A stretch of DNA of 64,000 nt from assembly GCF_009914755.1 (NCBI RefSeq), contig NC_060931.1. The stretch is one strand, 5' to 3'. Positions 15,396 through 42,321 of this stretch are shown here, piece by piece; within the stretch, counting starts at the first letter, position 1, and the number at the start of each line of letters is the position of its first letter. The stretch comes from the human T2T-CHM13v2.0 reference genome, Homo sapiens. The notes beneath the pieces were generated by a model, which saw nothing but the letters and a program-made list of their open reading frames with translations, was not told the origin of the DNA and did no database searches. The translations under genes and the position numbers were made by a program.

Positions 15396-15504
15396 ATTTT
15401 GTTTAATACACCCCTAGGCTTCCAAGTTACCAGATCTTTTGGGCCTGAATCAAGAGATGGTTTGACCCTCCCCACAACATCACATTCAAAATCATTCCTC
15501 TCAA

Positions 15505-15645
15505 CAGGACAAAATTGGCAGGGAGCCAGTGCAAAATGAAAATGTAGGACCTCTTATTTAAAAATGATTAAGAATTTCAAGACAGCGATAGCAGAGCATT
15601 AACCAAGTGCCTGACCCTGTGCGACTGTGTAGGTTGCACCCAACC
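15505..15645 (-). mobile_element. MER45A (hAT-Tip100)
   Basis: ccagtgcaaaatgaaaatg...aagaatttcaagacagcgatagcagagcattaaccaag. Confidence 0.8.
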
Positions 15646-15909
15646 AGTGTTGCTAGACGGAGCTGATAGACCCAACATTCTTGTCCCACTCTGGGGAAGT
15701 TCTGTTCTTGTCCAGCATTTTGTGCATGGGATTAAGGGGTGGTCCTTGGGTCCACAGTCTTCCTGGGAGTTCATCAGCTCCAGTACAAACAGTCCTTGCC
15801 CTCCATTCATGAGGGGCTCATTTGAAACTGCATCCCACAGGGCTCTCCCTGATCTGATTAAAAACTCAAGGCAGGTGGGTAGAAGAAGAGGCCTCCTAGG
15901 AATTTCTCT

Positions 15910-15917
15910 CTTTTTTC

Positions 15918-15949
<32 letters not shown>

Positions 15950-16228
15950 AGACAGAGTCTTACTCTGTCACCCAGGCTGGACTGCAGTGGCACAATCTCA
16001 GCTCATTGCAACCTCCACCTCCTGGGTTCAAGTGATTCTTCTGCCTCAGCCTCCTGAGTAGCTGAGACTACAGGCATGCACCACCACACCCGGCAAATCT
16101 TTGTATTTTTAGCAGAGACGGGTTTTCACCATGTTGGCCAGGCGGTCTTGAACTCCTGACCTTAAGTGATTCCCCTGCCTCGGCCTCCTAAAGTGCTGGG
16201 ATTACAGATGTAAGCCACAATGCCTGGC
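15910..16228 (-). mobile_element. AluS
   Basis: Dimer; TSD taggaatttctc. Confidence 0.92.
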
Positions 16229-16340
16229 CTCCCCTTAGGAATTTCTCACACTCGCTTCCTCCTCCTGAATGATTGCTAACTCCCTCCAACAGCCATGCGT
16301 GCATTTCCTTCCTTCCTTCCATCCTTCCTTCCTTCCTTCC

Positions 16341-16633
16341 TTTTTTTGAAATGGAACCTCACTCTTTCTCCCAGGCTGAAGTGCAGTGGAGTGATCATGG
16401 CTCACTGCAGCCTTGAATTCCTGGGCTCAAGTGATCCTCCTGCCTCAGCCTCCTGAGTAGCTGGGACTACAGGCATGTGCCACCACACCTGGGTAATTTT
16501 TCATTTAAGTTTTTGTAGAGCTAGGGAGTGGCTGTGTTGCCCAGGCTGGTCTTAAACTCCTGGTCGCAAGCAATCCTCCCGCCTCAGCCTCCCAAAGTGC
16601 TGGGATTACAGGTGTAAGCCACCACGCCTGGCC
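16341..16633 (-). mobile_element. AluJ with (TTCC)n tail
   Basis: Alu dimer. Confidence 0.9.
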
Positions 16634-17139
16634 TATCTAGCATCTTAAAATTGAATTGAACTGATTTCCAAGCAGATGCCCATGAACATGAGCATTTCCT
16701 GTTTGAAGGAAAGAGACAGCGAAGTCTTAAGAACCACACCCTGTTTCTAAAAATGGGTCAGCTCATTACTGGCAGGCATTCTCCGAGGTCTCGAGGGCAA
16801 AATAAGCCAAATACAAAATGGCTATTAACTTCCTGAAGTTTCAAACCAGCTGGGGAAATTAGAAAAACTAATAGAAAAATAGATCTTGCAACCCTGAAAC
16901 CAAAGTAAATGAAAAAGTTTCGAGATGAAGTCCATCACAAGGGAGAGAGTTGCCTCCCCAGGACGGCGTCTCTCTAGAGGGACTGAGTTCCAAACCCCAG
17001 TGCAGAAAGGTTGTTAAGGAAAATCAAAGAAGGTTCTGGAATTTGGGTTGCATATTAAAATCACCTAGGGAGCTTTAAAAGGGAAAGACAAAACTGAACC
17101 CAGACACTACCACAGGCAATTTGATAAGGATTTTTACTC

Positions 17140-21235
<4,096 letters not shown>

Positions 21236-21482
21236 CAGGCTCTCTAGTGAATCGAATGTGCAACCGGGGTTGAGAACTTCTGATCTAGAGGGAAAGCAGG
21301 TTGTTAAGAGATCTAACTTGGAATCCCAGCTCTGCCCTTAACTTACATCTCATAAAATGTAAGTAACAGTAGTTCCTACCTTGTAGACTTGTTGAGAGGG
21401 TTAAATGAGCTAATATATGTTAAGTGTTTAAATCAGTTCTTAGCGCATTTTAGGAGATGCATATTGTTATTGTTATTATTGT

Positions 21483-22441
<959 letters not shown>

Positions 22442-23029
22442 TATCTAGCTTCCCTGTTTCAATGGTCCTAACTGCCTCGGGATGTTGGCACAACAAAATT
22501 AGATCATGATTGTGAAATTGCTTGAAATAGTTATCATCCCTGAAAATTTGGAGAAAGGGTGTTGTTTTCATCACCATGATTTTAGAGTGGCCTTTTAGGG
22601 TGGTGGGACTGTCATCTCTGGAACTGTCTATACAGTTTTCAGACTCAACTAAATCCGTGAGACAACCTGTCAATTCACTCCAACCACTAACTTCATTGAT
22701 TTCTTTATTTTCTACTAAATTGACAGACTGAGTAAATTGACTAAATTGACTGGCTGTTTTGATATCATTTAGACCTAGCTCAAGTGGTGCTAATCATGAA
22801 GGGAGAAATCATTGTTATTGACATTGCAGCAATGATCAAAGACACGCTTAGTGTGGGCTGACAGAGGAGTGCTGGGATCTTACCATGGAACTAGCTTCAT
22901 GCTTCACCACGCTAAGTTTCAGAGAACAAACTTTGCCCTATCTACTTTGCTGCCGTAGTAGAGGGGTGATTAGAATGGAGGGCAGATCAAGACAAAAAAA
23001 CTTTGGAAAGAATCCATCCATACATAAGT

Positions 23030-23440
23030 GCACCAGCTACTCAAGAGACTGAAGCAGGAGAATCGCTTGAGGCCAGGAGTTCGACACCAGCCTGGGCAAA
23101 ATGGCCAGCCCTCATGTCTCCAAAATATAAAATAACTAGCTGGGCATGGTGGTGCATGCCTGTAGTCCCTGCTACTCAGGAGGCTGAGGTTGGGAGACCA
23201 CTTGAGACAAGAAGTTTGAGACCAGCCCGGGCAATATAGAAAGACCCCATCTCTACAAAGAAAAATTAAAAATTAGCTAGGTAAGATGACACATGCCTAT
23301 TGTCCTGGCTACTCAGGAGGCTGAGGCAGGAGAATTGCTTAAGCCCAGGAGATCAAGGCTGCAGTGAGCCAAGATGGTGTCACTGCACTCCATCCTGGGC
23401 AACAGAGTGAGAATCTGCACCTAGAAAAAATAAAATAAAA
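23030..23440 (+). mobile_element. Composite AluJ (three monomer pieces)
   Basis: Serial Alu monomers. Confidence 0.8.
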
Positions 23441-23544
23441 ATGTTTTAAAAGAATACGTAAGTGCATATTATTGGTGTGAGTCTATGTGCCAAATTCTGA
23501 CTGTGTGGAAGAGCTAATGGAGCTGAAGTGACCCAGATACTCAC

Positions 23545-24365
<821 letters not shown>

Positions 24366-24367
24366 CA

Positions 24368-24742
24368 GTAGTCAGGGTTCTATAGAGGGACATAACTAAT
24401 AGGATATATATATGTCTGCAAGGTGAGGAGCAAGGAGAGCCAGTCTGCGTCCCCAAACTGAAGAACTTGGAGTCCAATGTTCAAGGGCAGGAAGCATCCA
24501 GCACGGGAGAAAGATGTAGGCTGGGAGGCTAGGCCAATCTTTTCTTTTCACATTTTTCTGCCTGCTTTATATTTGCTGGCAGCTGATTAGATGGTGCCCA
24601 CCAGGTGAAGGGTGGGTCTGCCTTCCCCAGCCCACTGACTCAAATGTTAATCTCTTTTGGCAACACCCTCACAGACACACCCAGGATCAATAATTTGTAC
24701 CCTTCAATCCAATCAAGTTGACACTCAGTATTAACCATCACA
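24368..24742 (-). mobile_element. MLT2A (ERVL) LTR, internally deleted
   Basis: agtcagggttctatagagggac...ttgacactcagtattaaccatcaca. Confidence 0.85.
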
Positions 24743-25917
24743 CAGGAGTTCAGAGCTGCAGTGAGCTATGATCACGAAAGCCACTGTACTCCAGCGTGGG
24801 TGACACAGTGAGACCCTGACTCTAACAAATAAATTAAGGCTGTTTTCATTTTATGCCTTTTAGTATAAAGCCATCACCAAGTTCCAGGACAGCTGATCAC
24901 TTTGGGAGTTCCCTGTGTTACCCACTACCTTCCTTGGGCTATTGTGCCAGTGGGTGACCTTATACCAGAAAGGGATAGCTGATTCTGGTCCCTCCTGCAC
25001 CCCACAGTGGGAGAGATGAACTCTGCCTTGTGTACAGAGCAGATTGTCATGGAGGTGGCAGAGCAGGCCAGGGAATGGGGCAGGGACAGGGAGGCAGCGT
25101 TGGAAGCAGCTGCAGGCTCATTAGGGGCTCTTGGGTGAAATCTGGACCACCCCACTCCTAGCCATATGCTCAGCTGCAAACCACAGCTGCTTGCCAACGA
25201 ATATTTCCTCTAAACAGCAGCTGCAGAGTCAACATACTCTCCAAGCTCTGGGGGCGACTTCTCTTGCTGCTCAGCCACTTGCTTTGAAGTCCAAATGAGA
25301 AGGCATCCTGTTGGCCAAGCATCAAGAAGAAGGAGTAGGGTTTTCAATCAGGCCAGTGCTTTTCTGTGATTGCACTGTAGAGGAATGAGGGGGAAAGAAA
25401 TAGTGGATTCGCTGGGAAGGCACTGTCCTGTGTTGTTCCACATCCCAGAGGTCTTCTTGCCTTTACTCAACTACAAGCATTGCAATCTCTTATCTAAATA
25501 CAGCTTCTCACCTGGGCATTCGAGATTCTCAACTATCTTGTCCCTACTAACTGCTCCAAGGATTTTTTCAATTCCTCCACTCAGTGGGCACTCATTGGCA
25601 CCCAAGTATGCCACTGCATCAGAATGGCATACTTGGGGGTTTCATGATGGAAGTTTCATGTGAAAGCAGCTTTGACTATCTTTTCGGTGTTGTCTCCCAG
25701 TCCTCATATGTCTAGCACAGGGTGGGTACCGTAAATACTTATGAAGGGAAGAATGCCACTCACTCAATACCCGCTAGGTACTAAACACAGTGCTAGGCAT
25801 TTATTGGTGTGAGATCCTAGCCAAAGTTTCTGTACCTCCTTGTGTCTGTAAGTCTGAAACGGAGGCAAATATACCATATATCATCAAGGACATCTTCAAT
25901 CTTAAAAATATAGAACT

Positions 25918-26145
25918 CCAGCCTGGAAAACGTAGCAAAACTCCATCTCTACAAAATAAAAATGAAAATAATCAGCAGGGCATGGTAGTGCATGTCTGTA
26001 GGCCCAGACACTCAGGAGATTGAGGTGGGAGGATCACTTGAGCTTGGGAGTTTGAGGCTGCAGTAAGCTATGATTGTACCCCTGCACTCCAGCCAACGCA
26101 ACAGAGCCAGGCCCTGTTTCCAAAATAAATAAATAAAAATATAAA
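25918..26145 (+). mobile_element. AluJ, 5'-truncated
   Basis: Alu sequence. Confidence 0.85.
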
Positions 26146-26459
26146 ATAATAGTACCTATATATCCAGACTTTAGGAACCTCCTAGAGAAAATTGGATTAA
26201 TAATATGTTCAGAGAGTTGATGTGAGAATCAAATGAAACTATATATATATGGCACCAAGTTCAGTCCCTGACACAAAGTACAGTCCAAAATGCTAGCCAT
26301 TATTATTATGTGGCTATTATTACAAAGATTAATAGAATGGCAATCAATGCTGGAGATAAACAAGTAAACAATTGCAGTCCAAACTGAAAGGCACCATCAC
26401 AAAATTATGAACAAAGCCCTGTGTGGTCCCAGAGGCTCTATCTTAAAAATGTGTCTAGA

Positions 26460-26768
<309 letters not shown>

Positions 26769-27039
26769 CTAGAGCCAGGATCTTTTTACACCATCCCCAC
26801 CAGTAGCATTCTAGTACAAGTGACCTATGTTTCTTACTTAGATTATTTCAGTTGCCTCCTAACTTGTCTCCCAGCCCTAACAGCTGCCCTTTCCCTGTCC
26901 TATCACCTACAATCTATTCTCAGCACAGCAGCCCAGGATGTTGCTAGAACTTGAGTCTGCTCATATCTCCTCTGTTTAAAACTCTCCAGTAGCTCTCCAT
27001 GTCACTCCAAGTAAACACCAGAATGACTACTATCGTCTC

Positions 27040-28671
<1,632 letters not shown>

Positions 28672-28928
28672 TCCTGTTACTTTTCTTATCGCAACTCTTT
28701 CCATTTTTCCCTTGCTTGTTCTGTTCCAGCAGTTTAACTTGTTGTTCACTAAAGTAAACTTATTGTTTTCCAAAATGAGAAGCCCAGTGAAGCCTCCAGA
28801 CCTCCGCGCCTCCCATGGCAGAGGGGCCAGTGTCATAGCAGAGGATTTAGTATGCTCTTTTCTCCCGTATCTAAGTGGCACCCACTCTCAACTCCTTCAG
28901 GCCCATGTCCAATCTCACGTGATTATGA

Positions 28929-29452
<524 letters not shown>

Positions 29453-29590
29453 TGTACTTGTTTATTTAAGGTCTATCTGTTCCCTCTAACTAGAATATAA
29501 ACACTTTGAGAGTAAGAACTTTGTCTTGCTCACTGCTGTGTTCTCAACATGTAAACTGGTTCTTGGTACAGAGTAAGTGCTCTGTATCTA

Positions 29591-29886
29591 TTTGTTTCTG
29601 TTTTTGTTTTTGAGATGGAGTCTCAATCTGTCACCCAGGCTGGAGTGCAGTGGTGCAATCTCGGCTCACTGCAACCTCCACCTCCCGGGTTCAAGGAATT
29701 TTCCCTGTCTCAGCCTCTTGAGTAGCTGGGACTACAGGTGCCCGCCACCACCCCCAGGTAATTTTTGTATTTTTTACTAGAGACAGGGTTTCGCCATGTT
29801 GGCCAGGCTGGTCTTGAACTGCTGACCTCAGGTGACCTGCCCACCTCAGCCTCCCAAAGTGCTGGGATTACAGGCGTGAGCCACCA
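29591..29886 (-). mobile_element. AluSx (head-to-head with next Alu)
   Basis: Ends gtgagccacca. Confidence 0.92.
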
Positions 29887-30188
29887 GGCACAATGGCTCA
29901 TACACGTAAGCCCAGTGCTTTGGGAGGTCAAGGTGGAAGGATCACTTGAGGCCAGGAGTTTGAGACTAGCCTGGGCAACATAGCAAGACCCTGTGTCTAA
30001 AAATAAATACAAAAAAATATTAACCAGGCATGATGGTGCATGCCTGTAATCCCAGCTACTCTGGTGGCTGAGGTGGGAAGATGGCTTGAGCCCAGGAGTT
30101 CAAGGTTGAAATGAGCTATGGTCTACACCACCACAATCCATCCAGGGTGACAGAGTGAGAATCTGTCTCTATTAAAAAAAAAAAAAAA
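29884..30188 (+). mobile_element. AluJ
   Basis: Starts ccaggcacaatggctca. Confidence 0.9.
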
Positions 30189-30913
30189 TTAAGCAGCAAC
30201 GAATTTAGGGTTTTGCCCTCCAACAAGGACCTGGATTACAGACACTCTACACTGCTGATGAAGGGCTGATCTTTATGCTTTAACAGCCAGCAAAGCACAG
30301 AGTATGTATGACATCCTCATCTATAAATTAAAGAGCCCAACAAGGATATAAGCTTGAGGTAAGCGAAGTGAGTAGCTCCATGCAGGGCCAAGATTTTCCT
30401 CAGAAAACAGCCCTGGGTCTGTTCCAACACTGAGATAAATTGGAGACAGAAGCCCTCAAGTCAATGCCAACGAGAACAGCTGCAATATTTTTAGTTGGAA
30501 ATAACCCACCAGAGCCATCCTATCTCAATGAAGAAATCAAACACAGAAGGTCTCGTTTTTAAGCAGTGTGACATCCTGGTAAAACCTGCAAGAAAAGCTG
30601 GTAGTGAAATATTGCCCCCGGTAAGTGAATGAGTTGTCTTTGCTATAAATGGTTGTCAAAAGAAAGAAGTTGCGAAGGTTAAAGTTGTAATGTACATCTT
30701 GATCAGGAGGCAAGAAGAAACAAAGAGACTGGAGGCTGGACCTTGAGAGAGCTGGCTCTAGTCTACACTGGGATCGTAGCCAAATGGGAAACCAGGTACT
30801 TGCTAATTGTCCTCGCCCATGAAATGGGGCTATTCAATACCCTACCCTACTCCATAGGGTAGCCACATGAGTCAAATGACGCAAAGTTTGCTGAAGTATC
30901 TTAAAAAATTGTA

Positions 30914-31490
<577 letters not shown>

Positions 31491-31659
31491 CTAATGCTGT
31501 TTGTAGGACACATCTTACATATCTCAGCTATGAAGGTGCTTCCTTCCTCCCTGTCTCTCCTGCCCATCTCAGCTCTGTTACAATCAACAGTGTATCTAAC
31601 ACACTGGACGTGAACACCAAGATCTTGCCTCTTTGGCAAGCCACCTCTTAAGGTCTTAT

Positions 31660-33190
<1,531 letters not shown>

Positions 33191-33575
33191 TTGTGATATA
33201 ACCCAGAGCTGTTTTGATATCACAGTAGGATTCCAGAACTCTAGCCATTCTGCAGCTCCAGATGAAAACCAATCAGATGGACAGCCACTATGAGAGCCTG
33301 CAGGTGTAAATTACACAACTTTGCTAATTGCCTTGTAAAAACACCTTTTCTGGATTCCTGAGAAAGGTATCCCGAATCTGTAGGTACTGAAAGCACTATT
33401 ATCACTAAAAATAACACTGTCCCAAGTATCCTGAGAGATACTTTGTCCCTGGCCTGAGAGAAATCTCTGTCATAAAGCAATTTTCTCTACTTACAATTAA
33501 ACACACCAGGCTTTAAATTCTACCAAACAACTGTGCTGCAAGAAAATACCAACCCTGCATGGCCTTCTTGATTTA

Positions 33576-33947
<372 letters not shown>

Positions 33948-34005
33948 TTACCCCCTTTTCACCTTAGAAATCACACAAAAGCAAAAGGAAAATTATAAAC
34001 CACAC

Positions 34006-34380
34006 TGATATGGTTTGGCTTTGTGTCCCTACCCAAATCTCATCTTGAATTGTAATCCCCATAATCCCCATGTGTCAAAGGCAGGACCTGGTGGGAGGTG
34101 ACTGGATCATGGGGGAGGTTTCCCTCATGCTGTTCTTGTGATAGTGAGTGAGTTCTCACTAGATCTGATGGTTTTATAAGTGTTTGACTTTGTCTCCTAC
34201 ACACACTCTCTCTCTTGCTGCCTTGTGAAGAAGTGCCTGCTTCTCCCCTTCCGCCATGACTGTAAATTTCCTGAGACCTCCCCAGCCACGTGGAACTGTC
34301 AGTCTGTTAAACCTCTTTCCTTTATAAATTACCCCATCTTAGGTAGTATCTTTACAGCAGTGTGAAAACGGACTAATATA
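34006..34380 (+). mobile_element. THE1D-like MaLR LTR
   Basis: tgatatggtttggctttgtgtccctacccaaatctc...ggactaatata. Confidence 0.92.
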
Positions 34381-34452
34381 TACTCAAATCATTGTTTCCG
34401 TGGAATTTGGAGACAGATATATTCCAGATTTCAAAGTACATGGAAGGGGCCT

Positions 34453-35201
<749 letters not shown>

Positions 35202-35347
35202 GGGCACGCAAATTGGCTGAGATTGAACTGAAATTCAAGTGATGGAAGTGAAGAGTGAAAGCACTAAGGGTGACATGAAGGCCCTAGGGGGACAAATCTC
35301 AGAAAGCACCAGAAAATGCCCTGGACTGACAGTAAGTGCACATCCTA

Positions 35348-35975
<628 letters not shown>

Positions 35976-36251
35976 AAGAGGAAGAAAAGGAAAAGGAAGA
36001 GCAAAATCTATGTTTAAAGAAACTGGTGAACAGAGCTGTTGACTTATGGCCTCTGGGGTTCACAGTGGCAGAGGAAGAGGGAGGGCGCACAGAGAATCAC
36101 AGAATGAGCCAGGTTTACAGGCAGCAGTTTGTCTCTGCAGAGCAGAGGAGGAAGCTCAGGAGGCTCCCTGGCCCCTTCCTGCACAGCATCTTCCAGCAAT
36201 TAGCTGGCTCAGGAAATCCAACCCATACCATGATAAATAATAATAACAACA

Positions 36252-36530
36252 GTCTTGGTGCAGTGGCTCATGCCTGTAATCCCAGCACTTTGGGATGCCA
36301 AGGCGAGCAGACCACTTGAGGCCAGGAGTTGAAGACCAGCCTGGCCAACATGGCAAAACCACATCTCTACTAAAAATACAAAAATTAGCTGGGTGTGGTG
36401 GCACATGCCTGTTACAGGCTACTGAGGACAGAACTGCCTGAACCTAGGAGACGGAGGTTGCAGTGAGCCGAGATCCACACCCCTGCACTTCATATTGGGC
36501 AACAGAGCAAGACTGTGTCTCAAAAAAAAA
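36252..36530 (+). mobile_element. AluS
   Basis: Alu dimer. Confidence 0.9.
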
Positions 36531-36619
36531 TGATAATAATAATAGTATCATGATTATTCACTATGGGAATAGGAATAATAAAGACATATAATATTATATA
36601 ATATAAAACACAACAACAG

Positions 36620-38390
36620 TAATAATATAGATCATTGATTCAGCACCAATGCAGATTTTCTATAAGAAAAAATGTAGGGGGAAAAAGCAGCAAAATTATC
36701 AATTTCCAAAACTTCTTAATGAAATGTGGCTGGCAAAACTCAGGAAAGAAGTAAAGAAAATAAAATAAACATCACAGAAATGAAAACAAAATCTGAAGGT
36801 GCAAAAGGGAGAAGAGATACTGCAGAAAATAGAGAAAGGCATACTAGAGATAGGCATACAAAACTTCAATGAAAGAATGTAAAATATTACAGAGTTATAG
36901 AACATGAGGGATAAAATTGCAAATGTAAAAGACAGGCAAAGGAGATCCAATATTAAACTCCCTTTAAAAATATGGAATGTAAAATAAAATGAGCCAAAGC
37001 AATGAAGGAAAACAAATGTTTAACAAATACAATTCAAGAAAACTTTCCTGAAATAAAAGGCTTGACTCTACAAATTAAAAGGGAATACCATGATCATGGA
37101 AATTGACCCAGAATAGTCAACATTGATACATCTCCGTGTAAAGCTGCTGAACTTCATACATAAAGAAGCCTTTGAGTGGCATTTAAAAGTTCACTGACAG
37201 GAGCAAAAGATCAGGTTGGCTTCAGTTTTTTCCACGGCAACATTCAACACTTGAAGACAGTGGAGAAATGCCCGAAAATCACAGCCAAGAATTTTCTATT
37301 TAGCCAAATTATCCTTCAAGTATAATGACTATGAATGGTTTTGAGCCTACAAAAACTCAAGGAGCTATAGAGTGAAGACTGAAACACATACATGCATTTG
37401 GATGACAGAAGAGAATATGAGTGATATCAGCCCTGACAATCTAGAAGTGATACAGCTAACAAAAACTAATGGACAAGAGAAGGCAAAGAAGGAAGGAGAC
37501 ATAGTGTAGGAATTTTCTGTTCACTTCCTCTAGGATAGATGAGAGTCACAGAATATTATTTAAAGCTGACAAATCAAGGAATCAAGGTGTACTAGATGTA
37601 ATAAAAGCCTACTGACAGTTCAAATGTAAATTGCAAGAAAAATAATGCTATTGACTAAATTCAGAAAACTAACAAGAGGGAAGGAAAGAAGGAAGAACAC
37701 AGAAACATATCAGGTTTTTAAGTTTATAACTGTTCAGACTAGGAAACAATTAGACACTGTAAAGAAATAGAAACTGTGATTATATAAAGTTACAATTAAT
37801 TTTATGAGGTAGTGACTAGAATAAAAATACCAACCTTCCTGCATATCAGAAGAATTACACACACACAGAGCAAAGATCACAGTGAAATACTTTTTAAAAA
37901 GAAACTATAAAAAGAGTACAATATGAGAAAAACCCAAGCATACATATCAGTATGGAAACAAACCTCAATCATTAATAAAAGTAAGAGAATTTTAAATCCT
38001 ATCACATAACAAATCCAAACTCCATGCTGTATAAAAGAGACATATGTAGAACAAAGCAATCCAAAATAAAATATAAACGACTAGGCAAACGTATACCAGG
38101 CAAATCCAAGCAAAATGAAAGTAAGGTTTATATTAATATTAGACAAGATGAAATTGAGATAAAAAAAAACATTGAATGACACAAAAAAGGGCATTTGTAA
38201 TGCTAAAGGGTACCATTCACAATTAAGATATAAGTTATGAATATTTATATATCTGATTACACAGCAGCAATATTCTCAAGGCAGAAATTACCTAGATATA
38301 TAGAAAAATAAACAAAAACCTGCCAGCTACAGAAGACTAATTCAGTTCCCTTGGTTTATACTACTGCAAGTTGACAAAACATAACATAAA
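36620..38390 (+). mobile_element. Old L1M ORF1/ORF2-start fragment
   Basis: caagaaaactttcctgaaataaaag, ccaagaattttctatttagccaaattatccttcaag, taatgctaaagggtaccattcac. Confidence 0.8.
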
Positions 38391-38491
38391 TCTCTAGTCC
38401 TCTTCATCCAGCAATGCCAGGTGGGATATAGCCTTCAGATATACACAGGCACGTCCACAATGACATGGACATGAGCCTTATTTCAGCATTA

Positions 38492-38823
38492 CAGTCATGC
38501 ACTGCACAATGACATTCTGTCAACAACAGACCGCATATACAACAGTGCTCCCACAAAATTATAATACTGTGTTTTTATTATGTTTTATCTATGTTTAGAA
38601 ACACAAAGCTTATTATTGTGTCATAATTGCCTATAGTATTCAGTACAGTCACTTGCTGAACAGGTGTGCAGCCTAGGGGCAATAGGCTAGACCATATAAC
38701 CTAGGTGTGTGGTAGGCTAGACCATCTAGGTTTGTGTAAGTGCACTCTGTGATGTCAGCACCATGAAATTGCTTAACAGTGCATTTCCCAGAATGCATCC
38801 CCATCTTTAAGCAATGCATGACT
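38492..38823. mobile_element. Tigger3a-like DNA transposon
   Basis: TIRs cagtcatgca... / ...tgcatgact. Confidence 0.85.
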
Positions 38824-39267
38824 ATTTGTAAAAGGATGACTTTCCTGTTTGCCAAGAGAGGACTGGTGAAATAAATTATAGGACAGCAATTCAATGTGCT
38901 GTACCAAAAAGAAAAAGAAAGCAAAAAGAATGAAGATCTCCATGTACTGATGTGAAAAGCACCAACATATGTTTATTTTCCGTTTAAAAGAAACAGCAAT
39001 GCACTTAACAGAGAAGTACACTACCTTCTATGCAAAGGAGACAAATAAGAATATAAATTCACATTTGCCACAAGAAGATATGGAGGAAATTTTAATGCAT
39101 ATTACTAAATGAGAAAGAAACCAATCTGTAAAGACTACACATTGTACCATCCCAAGTATGTGGCATTCTGGAAAAGGTGACAGGAAAAAGATCAGTGGTT
39201 GGTTGCTAGAAGTTGGGGGAGGGGAATATGGGGGCAGGGGATGGAGGATTTTTAGGGGCAGTGAAAC

Positions 39268-39607
<340 letters not shown>

Positions 39608-39978
39608 AGCCAGTTTTTGTTAGAATTTATGTTGAGCCAAATACTACCTTGTGCTTTGTACCCTAATTCAGAGCTGTGCAGATATATTTCAACAATTTTT
39701 TACCAAATAGCTTTCAAATATGTGAAGACATCTACTATTACTCCTGTTGGACTTCTGCTCAACAGGCTAAATACTTTCAACTGTTCCTCATGTAAAATGG
39801 TGCCATGTCATCTGACTACCTTCGTTGTTTTGGTATCTAGTTGTCTTGTTCACAATTATGCACTGCCACTTGCCAGAAAGGAAATGGTGCATTCTGATCC
39901 ACTGCCATGTGACTAGTCTGAGCTTGACCACGTCACATCCAAATAGAAATTCTAAATGCAATTGCAGGGTTCTTCTCA

Positions 39979-40302
<324 letters not shown>

Positions 40303-40599
40303 ACCAAGTATGGACACATCCCACATTGAGGCTACTCCTGCAGCCTGGATCCCAGAGTGATTTGTTATATAGCACAGAGACCTGATGAGCCACAGCAGAA
40401 ACCCACCTAAAACATGGCCAAAAATTACTATTTCTGTTGGCCAGTGAGATTTGAGGTTTGTTGCATGGCAAATTGTTCAATACAGAAATAATCCACATGT
40501 ACAAATTTTGGGAAATGTTGGGTTTTTACTATCTTTCTCATTGTCAAGAGATTTTCTCCATATTAAACTTTACAATGCAATACTTAATTTCATTTATTG

Positions 40600-40840
40600 A
40601 TTTCACAAATATTTATCTAGCAGTTACTATATGCCAAGAACGATGCAAAGCAATTTGCAAAAATTAATTAGCTGAATCATCATAAAACCTCCTAAGGCAG
40701 GTTCCCTTATTGTGTCCATTTCACTGATGTGGAAACTGAGACAGAGAGAGGTCAAGGTCACACAGCAGGTAAGCAGCAGTGTCAGAGGTCAAACCTACAT
40801 AGTGTGGCCCTAGAGTCCATGTCTTCAACCACTACACTAT
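40600..40840 (-). mobile_element. MIR
   Basis: ccatttcactgatgtggaaactgagacagagagaggtcaaggtcacacagc. Confidence 0.8.
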
Positions 40841-41045
40841 GCAATGATCATGACCATTAACATTTATTGACTATAATCTATACTTAGCATGATCAATCGT
40901 ATTTGATGCTCGTAACTCCAAGAAATGAGGGGAGGAATTTACACTCAGAGATGTAAAGTTACTTGCCCAATGTCACACAGTGACCTGGATGGCAACAAAG
41001 TCCATGCTGTATCCAAAAGAAAAAAAAAAAAAAAAAAGAAACCAA

Positions 41046-41350
<305 letters not shown>

Positions 41351-42321
41351 ATTTAAAAAATTTAAAAAAGAAACCTCCAAATACTAATATAATCCATCAG
41401 TTTAATTCTTCCTATTTAAATCTGATGGGCAGAGATGTATCAACTGAGTCTTCACCGCCACTCTGTTTCCAAGAATTTGTTCATGCTCACCACCATCACT
41501 ATCCTTAATAAATGTTTCCTGGATGTCTACTTTATGGGAGGCATTGTCCAAAGCTCCCATGCCCCAGTTAAGACTGGAGGAATTGGCTCAATCTAACTAG
41601 GTCTTGATGTGGTGAAAGGTGAAATAAACAAACACCCCTGTGGATAGAGGAGCATCCGGCACCGTGGTCAGGTAGCTCTCACTTGCAGACGACAGTTTTC
41701 ACAAGATTGCATAGCAACCAGCTGCCCTAGAAAGTGGCAGGAACAGAAAACACAATATTCCCATCCTCCTCTTGTTTCATTATCACCAGGGAGGGGGTCA
41801 GCATGAAAGGAGCAGTGTGAAATGGACAATTCACACACCTTCCATGTTTCTCAACAATGTCAGTCCCTGCTGTTGCCACGGCCGCTATGGTCTTCTCACA
41901 ACAAGAAGAGTATTAGACATGGACCAGCAGGAAAGCACACGTTCACAGGCACGTGCCCATGCTCACAAACACACACATGTGTGCATGCACACATGCACAC
42001 TCCCTACACCCCTTCTCCACGCCCAAAAGGTGTCAGGGAATCTGGAGAAAAGAGAGAGATGGTGAGCTTTTGAAGAAGGTCTCCTCTTTTCTTTTCTGGG
42101 AGCCTTCAGAAGACCATCTTCTTTAAGTCCTCTTACAGCAGTGGTCGCCAAACATTTTGGCACCAGGGACCAGTTTTGTGGAAGGCCATTATTCCATGGA
42201 TGGTTGCAGAGAGGATTAGATTCTCACTATGAGTCTCTGGCATGGCTTTCCTGCATGTCACATGTTATCAGGAGTACTGAAGACAGGAAGATAATGCCAG
42301 TCTTGGTCAATACTGCACAGC

